Below are positions 40,201-47,635 of a stretch of DNA of 64,000 nt, piece after piece. This stretch comes from Candidatus Latescibacterota bacterium. Its GTDB lineage: Bacteria; Latescibacterota; UBA2968; UBA8231. The stretch's first letter is position 1, and each line of letters starts with the position of its first letter. A program made the translations under genes and the position numbers. Where the stretch lies: contig OZ244561.1 of assembly GCA_965217585.1 (NCBI GenBank), forward strand, positions 2,496,001 to 2,560,000, in the 5' to 3' direction. Under the pieces are notes generated by a model that did not search any database, was not told where the DNA came from, and saw only the letters and a program-made list of their open reading frames with translations.

Positions 40201-40382
40201 TCTTCTACATCGCGGGCGTTCAGGCCGAGACAGTCCGTGCGGACCACGAGCCGGGGAACGTCAATGTCGGGTAGGAAGTCCACGCTCAGGCGGAAGAGCG
40301 AATAGACCCCCAAAAGGAGCGCGGCCAGAAAGCAGACGGTGGTCGCCACGGGCCGCTGGACGGCAAAGCGGACGAGGCGCAC
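37275..40382 (-). CDS. RND efflux permease (AcrB/AcrD/AcrF family)
   Basis: RPVAT, GILVDNSIVVLENI, STLTTMAVFLP, RFRPICMTTLTT. Confidence 0.93.
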   Translation of the reverse strand: MRLVRFAVQRPVATTVCFLAALLLGVYSLFRLSVDFLPDIDVPRLVVRTDCLGLNARDVEEYVTRPLEAALSSVSSVRRLRSVSQDGLSLVEVEFRWGSDMDLGFIEARSSLDRAGLPQAAGRPTILRFDPSSAPVMTLIVTGDRIEHPQSTRDYHQALMELKEVAQSVIKRRLEQIDGVAYVQVAGGLDREIQVSLDVEKCRRYNIGFAAVEQSLAQFNVTHSGGTIRDGVAQFPLRIQAEFTNLAEIGRIPVRQEPKQIRLEEVARIEEGYAERSGYTRLNGHEVITLYLFKEAGANTVETSKKVYGDLYQFSLDYPDFAVRPVFDQAEFIQASIDSVVEALYLGGVFAFITLIYFLRDFKNPLIVGLSIPVSIVTTFICMYFLDIHFNIVSLGGLALGIGILVDNSIVVLENIYRHRELGHAPGEAAVRGTEEVGLAITASTLTTMAVFLPLVYVKGMAGALFYQQAVTISLALAASLLVSITLLPMLSSRSWKRRPVRALYRLAAPLVWTIDLFQQVFGAFFALYERVLAGALRHRYTVMVAAFVLLALSGWLAVRLDRELMPDVDRGHLVLHVELPTEASLSATSAAVARLEHRLRQEAGVRSVLASVGIVRESVAGGYRPGLNKAVLDLELAEDVPSAEVERTLEAAFAAFGELTLTLAQPESVFEQLFQRQQTLFDVKIVGPQLETLAALSEQIADFMRQTAGFAHVVSDLRTGKRTFEVVIDRDAAINYGIRIEQLTDFINRQVQGSTPTQFVDFVDRIDIRVRAGHSDELDPQRILSLQYPVRRKDRTIHVPLSQLIRLKPSQGYEEIHREDQTRTAMITATLQGIDRAEAQTKLAALLDGLTIPSGHWVAIGTHYAQMQEQYRNLYVLVALAVILVYCILAAQFESLVVPFVIVAAVPLASMGVVFALWATNNTLNIMSLLGCIVLVGIVVNDSIVKVDFIHTRFRSDGDLRGAIVGAGQKRFRPICMTTLTTVCGLLPMALSSGSGAELRHPLAWAIVGGLSLATLLTLIVIPILYSVVIREKA

Positions 40383-40391
40383 GTGGCGGCC

Positions 40392-41552
40392 CTAGCGCTG
40401 AACGACCACGACCTTGGCGTCGTGGGCCAGATTGAAATGTCCGGATACAATCAGTTCCTCGCCTTCGCTAAGCCCTTCTTCGATCTCAATAAAGTCGTCG
40501 TTTTCGAGGCCGGTCCGCACATAGCGCCACTTGGCCTGACCAGCTTCATGCACGAAGACCAGCGCGCGGTCATCGCGGATGAGCATGGCGTCGCGCGGGA
40601 TGAGCAGCCGCTGTTTAAAAACTCTGGTTTCCACGGCGACTTGGGCGAACATGCCCGGCTTGATGCGGTGGTCGGGATTGTCGATTTCAATGTGAATACT
40701 ACAGGTCCCGCTTTCGGCATCAACTACCGGGCTGATGGCCTTGATGATGCCAGCAACCTGCTCGCCGGGAAAGGCGTGGGGCCGGATGGAGACTTGGGCA
40801 CCGAGTTGCACCAGCCGTAATTCGCTCTCCAAAATGGGGACATCGAGCCGCAGCGGGTCCAGCGCCACCAACCGCATCAAGGTGCGGCCTTGCGCGACCA
40901 TGCCACCCGGGCTGACCTCCACCTGGGTGATGTAGGCGTCAAACGGTGCCTTGATGACCGTGTGTTCTAAGTCTAACTCAGCCCTTCTCAACTCTAGCCG
41001 GTTACTGGTCAGCCCAGTCGTGCTGGCGATCCACTGCTTGGGCGAGTGATCGGTAAACAGGGCGAGGGCATCGCGGTCGTTTACTTCGGCGGTGTCGGCA
41101 ATGGCTTCGACGTCGTCTTGCAGGAGACGGCCCCGCTTCATCTGGCTGCTCGACAGGGCAATCGCGGCATATTCGCGCAACGAGCGAGTCATCTGGTCCT
41201 TGGCCTGTAGATAGGCAAGGTGGTAGGATTCGGCATCGATTTGCAGAATGGTGTCGCCTTGGCTGACGAAGTGGCCTTCCTCGGCATGCAGGCTGCTCAC
41301 CGGCCCCGACACTTGGGCGGTGAGGTCGGTCTCAACCCAAGCCTTAAAGACACCACTGGCCAAAATCTGCTGCACGAAGTCGCGCTTCTGCACCGTTTGC
41401 GTGGCCACGGGCGTGGCTGGCGGTTCAAGTTCGGGCAATGTGGTAAGGGATGGACTGTCGTCAGTTGAGGATGGAGCGGATTCCCCCACAATCGCATACG
41501 CTAATGCACCCAGTCCGAACAACGTTAGGGCGATGTAGAGGATTCGTTTCAT
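40392..41552 (-). CDS. RND periplasmic adaptor (membrane fusion protein)
   Basis: N-terminal TM; VSG.V......EG.FV.QG lipoyl half, IKAPFD, KPGMFA. Confidence 0.92.
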   Translation of the reverse strand: MKRILYIALTLFGLGALAYAIVGESAPSSTDDSPSLTTLPELEPPATPVATQTVQKRDFVQQILASGVFKAWVETDLTAQVSGPVSSLHAEEGHFVSQGDTILQIDAESYHLAYLQAKDQMTRSLREYAAIALSSSQMKRGRLLQDDVEAIADTAEVNDRDALALFTDHSPKQWIASTTGLTSNRLELRRAELDLEHTVIKAPFDAYITQVEVSPGGMVAQGRTLMRLVALDPLRLDVPILESELRLVQLGAQVSIRPHAFPGEQVAGIIKAISPVVDAESGTCSIHIEIDNPDHRIKPGMFAQVAVETRVFKQRLLIPRDAMLIRDDRALVFVHEAGQAKWRYVRTGLENDDFIEIEEGLSEGEELIVSGHFNLAHDAKVVVVQR

Positions 41553-41628
41553 GGGTTGTGCGGGACGAGTGAGAGGGAGACCATTTCTGCATTAGATACA
41601 AATATAAAGGATATAGGCGCAGTGACTA

Positions 41629-42633
41629 TTATCCACCCGTCACCTCGGCCAAAGCCGCCAAGGCAGTCCGCTCCCGTCCTGCGAGGGCACACAGCCGCGA
41701 CTGAATGCGCGGCAGTACCCTTGTTGCATCCTTGACCGTCCCTTTGAAACACAAATTCTTCACCACAAACCAGCCCTGGGAAATGGACTCAAATTCCCGG
41801 CTGAGGTCACCTAGACGCGGAAGTTGGCAGACCTGAGCAGCATGGTGAAGAAAGCGGCCATGACCTTCGCGGAGCAAGGCGATCTCTAGAAGCAACTCAG
41901 CGCACCGTCCCAAGCGCGCTTTGAGGAACGGCTTTTCGTACTCCGCCCATGCTCCGGCATCCTCGGCTAGTTGCTCAACGCCCTTCAGTCCCACGGCGAG
42001 ATTCGCTTGATCGCTAGACGCGGACATACTGCGCAGGTTGCGTTGCAGAAGGGCGCGGGCGGCTTCGGGCCGCAGGGTAAGCCGTCTCCTCGGCACCTCC
42101 GGCCAGAACCAGTTGTATCGGTCTTGACTCTCTCCGGGAATCGCGCTCACATCCCAACTGGCAAGGAACAATTCGAGCGGGATACTCCGCGCTGAAGGCT
42201 GCCACGGCGAGGGATCGATGAGGTGAACGGTAGCGGCCTCGTCGTCGTACCCAGCGGCGATATACTGGTGGTCTGAATGGCGCAGACGGGGATAGAGGCC
42301 GGCTTGGGCCAGCGGGAACACGTCCAAACTAATGGCCACCGGGGTATCCGCGTCTATTAGCTTTTTCACTTCATCCCACGCGCTTTGCCCATCGTTCGCG
42401 TTGCGGTTGAACAGCGCAATGCCAAAGGCTTTGAGCGTATCGGGCAGGGGCACGACCCGTCCTTGGATAGTGAACCGTTCGCCTTCCTCTCGGCAATAGA
42501 TAAAGTCCCAATGGGAAAAACAGGGCACCGATGGTTCGCATTCATAGAAGCGCAACAGGCTATCCAACACCACATAGACGCAGTTGTAGCGTCGGTGAGT
42601 GCAAAAAGGGATGCCATCAATGTGTTTTTTCAT
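41629..42633 (-). CDS. BtrH N-terminal/DUF4872-like papain-fold (C39-like) protein
   Basis: YNCV near the N-terminus; LIDADTPVAISLD; H...AGYD......LIDP (Cys-His-Asp); helical C-terminal domain. Confidence 0.7.
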   Translation of the reverse strand: MKKHIDGIPFCTHRRYNCVYVVLDSLLRFYECEPSVPCFSHWDFIYCREEGERFTIQGRVVPLPDTLKAFGIALFNRNANDGQSAWDEVKKLIDADTPVAISLDVFPLAQAGLYPRLRHSDHQYIAAGYDDEAATVHLIDPSPWQPSARSIPLELFLASWDVSAIPGESQDRYNWFWPEVPRRRLTLRPEAARALLQRNLRSMSASSDQANLAVGLKGVEQLAEDAGAWAEYEKPFLKARLGRCAELLLEIALLREGHGRFLHHAAQVCQLPRLGDLSREFESISQGWFVVKNLCFKGTVKDATRVLPRIQSRLCALAGRERTALAALAEVTGG

Positions 42634-42650
42634 ACAGATGTCTCTAAGGG

Positions 42651-43916
42651 CAGGGCAATCGCATTATAACTGTCCATGTGCCAATAGGTTCGCCAAATAT
42701 TTGTGGTCCCACCCGGCCTTGAGCCGTTTGGTTTGCATGCCGGCTTTGGTCGTTTTGTCTTGCTGGAGTAGATTGAGCGCGATGTGGCGTATAACGGCCA
42801 TATTTTCGGGGCCATGCCCCCGGCGTATGCGGGACTGATCTTCGTTGAAGACGACATCGAGGATCCAGTGTAATGAATTTTCAATGGCCCAAGGACCGCG
42901 CACGGCCTGTCCCAATCGTTGGGCGTTGTTGTCCAGGGTGGAGATATAGTAGCGTCGTTCGACCGAAACGCTATCGCCGCGGTGCCGGGTGGCCTCGACC
43001 ATACCGAACAGGCGTAAGCCCGGCCAGTGAGCATGATCGGCAAAAGCCTCAATCTGGTTGGTGGTCCAGTACTGCCGCGTTTCTCGACGCCCGTGGTTTT
43101 CGTCCTGAGTAAACCAATAATCTACGGTGGGGTCGGCGTGGAGTTTGGAGTCGGAACGGTCAAAGAGTTGTTGAAGATGGGCGTGGAGTTTGGGTTGATT
43201 CTCCTTGACGGCCAGCACGTAGTCGGCCTCTTGTTCGACGACCTGTTCGGCCGTGCTTTTATGACACCCCAAGGCATCGGGGGTGACCAGGCAGCCTTTG
43301 AGGTCTAAAACACGTAATAATTCGGGGATGAGCGCAATTTCTTCGAGGGCTTCTTCACCATGGAATTGCCCCAAGACCAGCCGATTTTTTACCGCCCAAG
43401 CATGCACCCTGTGGATGGCGGCTTGGCCCGAGTCTGTATCGTAGGAGCGGCGCAGTGTCTTGCCATCCAGCGGCACGATCTCGCCCTCGTCGGCCAACAG
43501 GGGCGTCAGCGATTGCACCCAAGCGGTAAAACAGTCTTGGAAATGCCAAGGCGAAATACGGGCCAACACACGACCGAAGGTATCATGCGAGGGGATGCCG
43601 TTCGGCACGGCTAGAAAGGTCTTAAGCCAGTCGGCTTTAGCCCGGCCAAATTCGGCGATCGCCACCCAGTTGTCGGCCCCACAAATGGAGCCGCACACCG
43701 CAATCATGAGAATATCAATCAAGCGATGCGCCCGACAACGCTCCATACGCGGGTCGGGGATATCGGCCAAATAATCCAGCAACCCCGAAGACGATGAGGA
43801 CATGAAGAAACACTCCAGGCAAGAGGGAAATGGGAGGACATGAACCTAAGCTCCATAGAACGGCCAAAAGTAACATAACCGCATGGTAAAAATCAACTTA
43901 TAATGCGATTGCCCTG
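42651..43916 (-). mobile_element. ISAs1-family insertion sequence
   Basis: Perfect 19-bp IR cagggcaatcgcattataa (42651-69; 43898-916); no target duplication. Confidence 0.92.
42664..43803 (-). CDS. ISAs1-family transposase
   Basis: DPR, GIPSHDTFGRV, DGKTLR, VKENQ, HGR.E.R, W.IENSLHW.LDV; several motif substitutions (e.g. RGPW for RGHW). Confidence 0.9.
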   Translation of the reverse strand: MSSSSSGLLDYLADIPDPRMERCRAHRLIDILMIAVCGSICGADNWVAIAEFGRAKADWLKTFLAVPNGIPSHDTFGRVLARISPWHFQDCFTAWVQSLTPLLADEGEIVPLDGKTLRRSYDTDSGQAAIHRVHAWAVKNRLVLGQFHGEEALEEIALIPELLRVLDLKGCLVTPDALGCHKSTAEQVVEQEADYVLAVKENQPKLHAHLQQLFDRSDSKLHADPTVDYWFTQDENHGRRETRQYWTTNQIEAFADHAHWPGLRLFGMVEATRHRGDSVSVERRYYISTLDNNAQRLGQAVRGPWAIENSLHWILDVVFNEDQSRIRRGHGPENMAVIRHIALNLLQQDKTTKAGMQTKRLKAGWDHKYLANLLAHGQL

Positions 43917-44159
43917 CTAGTCTAGCTTATAGAAGGGCGCACATTACTCTCTAAAGGGGTCATCAGATATGTGATGACCTTCTACTACCTCTAAAAGCGA
44001 CGCGTCTGTTAATTGGGCGAGCGGTGAATCCTCGAACCCCTCCGTGCTTATCCCGAGGGGAGGGAAATGTCTGAACACTAGTTTGGTAAAAAAGATAACG
44101 GAAAACTGTTCCTTTCCATATATGGGATAATGGCATTGGAGAATAGTATTACGCTCGTT

Positions 44160-45404
44160 CTGATTCCCTGACACTTTTGAAAAAAGGGCTGCTGCCCATA
44201 GATTACGGCCCTCTTTTAACCGACCCCGATCAAAGGAGTGCCTTATGAGCAGCAGCGAACAGGTATATACTCGATTGATGACCACCTTGCAAGCGATAGT
44301 GCCGGTATCGAATCGAAAACAGTTGGCTAACTGGGCTTGGATCGCGGTGGCTATGTTCCAAGCTAAGTCGATTGCCTTGAGCCAGATCGCTGTTTTTCTG
44401 CCGGGCTCGGCCAAAGCCGAGTCGCGGGTGATGCGGTTGCGCCGTTGGCTGTCGAATCGGCAGTGTTCGGTGTGGGCACTGTATCGCCCGCTGCTTATGC
44501 ATGTGTTGGCTCCGTTTAAGAACCGAGCGGTTGATGTGATCTTGGATGGGACGTTGGTGTTCGGCAATCGCATGCAGATTTTTCGCCTGTCGTTGGTACA
44601 TAAGAATCGAGCCATTCCTCTGGTATGGAAGGTCATCCCCGGTAAAGGCAACACGCGCGTGTCGCAACTAGAAGGGATGGTGACCCAAGCCGCTGAAGTG
44701 CTTGACGGGTTGGTTGCGTCGGTGACCTTGCTGGCCGATCGGGGCTTCCGCGATCATCAGTGGGCGGCGTTATGTGTGCAACTCAACTGGCATTACGTCC
44801 TTCGCCTACCGGCCAACACGTGGGTCAACAGGCCCGATGGGACCGCCGGGCGCATCGATCAGTTGGCTATACCCAAAGGCCAGCGCCGCTTTTATCCACA
44901 GATTACACTCACGAAAGAGGCCACGCTGACCTGTTCGCTATCGGTGGGCTGGACCCAACCGACGACCAAGCAACCCGCCGAGTGGATCGCCGTCATCTCC
45001 GATCAACCCGCCGGCCCCGCCCGCCGGCGTGCCTATAGCAAGCGGATGCACATTGAGCAGAGTTTCAAAGAAGATAAATCCGGCGGCTTCGATCTGGATC
45101 ATACCCGCTTGCTCAATCCCCAACGCCTTGAACGCCTGCTGCTGGCGGTGGCGTTGGCCACCTTATGGGCGCACGAGATAGGCGAATAGGTCCTCCGGGG
45201 AGGCCCCGCCCGCCGACAGACTATCGATGCGGGCACCCGGCGCGAACTGAGTGTGTTTCAATTGGGCCTCCGATGGCTCAAACGGTGTATCGCCCTCCAA
45301 CTCCAGCGCTTGCCAGCGTTCAAAGGACGGTTGGCACCCACGGGAATAAAAACTGTTGTTAAAAATAAGACGACCAGCAGAAAGTAAAAGTGTCAGGGAA
45401 TCAG
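44160..45404 (+). mobile_element. IS4-family insertion sequence (1245 bp)
   Basis: Perfect 19-bp IR ctgattccctgacactttt; 9-bp TSD acgctcgtt at 44151-59 and 45405-13. Confidence 0.93.
44245..45387 (+). pseudogene. IS4-family transposase with an in-frame TAG at 45187
   Basis: LDGT, ADRGF, YSKRMHIEQSFK (YREK); frame continues past TAG through RELSVFQLGLRWL to TAA 45387. Confidence 0.85.
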
Positions 45405-45954
45405 ACGCTCGTTAACAAGCAGGATTAGGGGAGTCTGTTTGAGAAATTCATCTAGTGAAGTGTTGTCTTCTTTTATTATCCCAAACTGATAATCTAACCG
45501 AAAGGCGCGTTTGAACTGCCAAAGCCTTTCCAGAGGAATATCCTTGGAAAGGGCGTATATAGGAAATTCATTGGGATCTGTCAGATTGTCACGTATATGC
45601 TGTAAACCATTCAACACCAACTCAAGACAAGGCTGACACGATTTCGGGTCAAATAATAGCACTAAACCACCCTTCTTCTTGGAAAAATCAGTATATACTG
45701 TATCACCACGATCTGTCTGTATAGAGACTACAGGGAAGTGTTGTCCAATCTTCTTAGTCGAGTTGTAAATGTTGAGCAAAAATGTCTTATTTGTCTGATT
45801 GTTTGCAAGATCAAATAAATAGAGCTTGCCGATCCAAGCCACGGATACCGTTATGCCGATAAGTAATAATACGCTCGTTATACCCAATAACTGGGCAGAG
45901 GTAAGACGTTTCATAGATTGTGTCTCTGTTGTACTCTACATTTACCTCAATAAC

Positions 45955-47252
45955 TTGAATTCGACAGGTAGGTTGATATTTAGGCTCGAACAGGCATCGG
46001 AGTCTCCCTATTTTGGGATAGCTTGATTCACCGCCATGGATCATCTACCCCAGGGAAACTCCGATGCTGAACCTGACTCGCTTGCCTGTGAACCTTCGTT
46101 ATTTTTTGCGTGGGACTCAACATTTTTTTCGTCATCGCCATCATCTGGTGTTCTGTTGGAGTATGACGCTGTTGTTAATCTATCAAGATAAAGCGACGCT
46201 GTGTGGTTTAGCCCGCTTGGGGCCTAACCATATAGCGGAATGGCACTTACGTCGCTTGCTGAGTGCGACCTACTGGAGTTGGCGGTTGCTGTTGGGGTAC
46301 TTGGTTGATGCGGTGATCGCCGGGCTGCCACCGGCGGAAGACGGTCGGGTGTTGGTGATCGTCGACGGGACCTACAAAGCCAAGGTGGCCAAGAAACATC
46401 CGTTGGTGCGCAAAGCCCGCGCCGATGGCTATAGTCCCTTTCTGTGGGGGTTTGAAGTGATCCTGGTCATGCTGCAGTGGGGCAATTATCGAATCCCTAT
46501 CGATTTCGAGTTGGTTCGGCGTAAAGAAGACCCGGCCTATCAGAAGCCCAATGTGTTGTTTCGTCAGATGCTGACCGCCTTGGTACCACCGGCTTGGGCC
46601 CAGCAAGTGATCGTGGTCGCCGATGCCGGGTTTCCCGCTAAAGAAACGCTGCACTTGATCCAGCAACGAGGCTTCTTTTTCGTCATGAGTCTGCCCCGCA
46701 CCTGGAAGTTTGAAGACGGCCATACGCTCAAAGATTGGGTCCATCATACGCGCCATACCTGTTATCGAAAAATCTGGTTTCGTCCGCACGGCTCCCGTCG
46801 GCGGGTCTATTGGGTCTACCGCGGTCGTAAACGCCTGCGACACATCGGAGATGTCACGTTGGTCTTGAGCAAGAAACGGCGCAACGATTCGCCGAAACAA
46901 ACCAAAATCCTGGTGACCAATCTACCGGACGTGACCGCAGGCCAACTCGTCGTGTTGTATACCCGCCGCTGGCACGTGGAACTGCTCATCAAAGAATTGA
47001 AAGGGGCCACCGGATTAGGACAAGCCCAGGTGACCAAGCAGACCCAACGAGTCGAACGCTCCGTCGCGTTGTCCGTTATGGCCTACTTGGTTTTGATCCA
47101 TTTTCGGCAGCGGGATATTCCCCACCAAGGACCGTGGAGTGCGTTTACCCTCAAGCGAAATTTTGCTTGGGAGTGTGCGCGAAAACAGATTGAACATAAC
47201 CAAAAACGAACCTACACAAAGGCCGCCTAAGACAACTACCTGTCGAATTCAA
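45955..47252 (+). mobile_element. IS4/IS701-like insertion sequence
   Basis: 17-bp IR ttgaattcgacaggtag (45955-71; 47236-52); direct repeat ctcaataa at 45946-53 and 47253-60. Confidence 0.88.
46064..47230 (+). CDS. DDE transposase (IS4/IS701-like)
   Basis: VDGT, ADAGF, LVTN, YTRRWHVELLIKELK. Confidence 0.9.
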   Translation: MLNLTRLPVNLRYFLRGTQHFFRHRHHLVFCWSMTLLLIYQDKATLCGLARLGPNHIAEWHLRRLLSATYWSWRLLLGYLVDAVIAGLPPAEDGRVLVIVDGTYKAKVAKKHPLVRKARADGYSPFLWGFEVILVMLQWGNYRIPIDFELVRRKEDPAYQKPNVLFRQMLTALVPPAWAQQVIVVADAGFPAKETLHLIQQRGFFFVMSLPRTWKFEDGHTLKDWVHHTRHTCYRKIWFRPHGSRRRVYWVYRGRKRLRHIGDVTLVLSKKRRNDSPKQTKILVTNLPDVTAGQLVVLYTRRWHVELLIKELKGATGLGQAQVTKQTQRVERSVALSVMAYLVLIHFRQRDIPHQGPWSAFTLKRNFAWECARKQIEHNQKRTYTKAA

Positions 47253-47262
47253 CTCAATAAGG

Positions 47263-47300
47263 TTCAGCGGACTCGATTAAAGAAAATCGAGTCCGCTGAA
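47263..47300 (-). other. Perfect 16-bp stem-loop downstream of the peptide gene
   Basis: ttcagcggactcgatt-aaagaa-aatcgagtccgctgaa; no 3' U-tract in either direction. Confidence 0.8.
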
Positions 47301-47360
47301 AAAAGACAGGGACTAATCTCAAAAATAAATTAAGATGCCTTTAAAAAGGATGAAGGCCCA

Positions 47361-47585
47361 TCAGTCGCAGTCTACTTTGGTCCACGATCCGCTGTCCCGA
47401 TCCCCTGGAGTGCAATTATGCTTGTTCCCAGAGAAACACTCCCAATTCCAAGCATACCATATTGTAAGACATCCGTTTTCGTAGTCAGAATCAAAATCAT
47501 CTCCTCCTACCCAACGACCTTCGGGACTGTAGGTACAAATGAGATCCGTACGCCTGTACGGGGTCTTCTTGGTAAGATTAACCAT
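47361..47585 (-). CDS. Putative double-glycine-leader Cys/Trp-rich peptide precursor (74 aa)
   Basis: GAAAGGA RBS; 28-aa leader ending VGG; 46-aa core with 4 Cys and 4 Trp; co-oriented with the cluster. Confidence 0.65.
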   Translation of the reverse strand: MVNLTKKTPYRRTDLICTYSPEGRWVGGDDFDSDYENGCLTIWYAWNWECFSGNKHNCTPGDRDSGSWTKVDCD

Positions 47586-47635
47586 AACGCATTCCTTTCG
47601 TTTGAGGGATTGAGGTGTGTTCCCTGTCTTATAAT

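Larger units (their letters stand above)
43944..45914 (-). pseudogene. Membrane-anchored CxxC redoxin (TlpA/AhpC-like), split by an IS4 element
   Basis: 45914-45405 (TM, CQPC, TP...LLVNER) joins in frame to 44150-43944 (NTILQCHYP...) after removing the IS and one TSD copy; 238 aa. Confidence 0.8.

Noticed and set aside
43944-44654. 236-aa ORF in the track
   Set aside because: Chimera of IS4 antisense sequence and the redoxin 3' fragment
47430-47460. WNW in the peptide recalls the darobactin core WNWSKSF
   Set aside because: The following residues (ECFS) do not fit, and no radical SAM enzyme is in the window; one could have been lost at the ISAs1 site, but nothing shows this
47502-47585. Lasso-peptide reading of the KKTPYRRTDL leader
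   Set aside because: No Pro in YxxPxL, no lasso cyclase or RRE gene, and the core is too long
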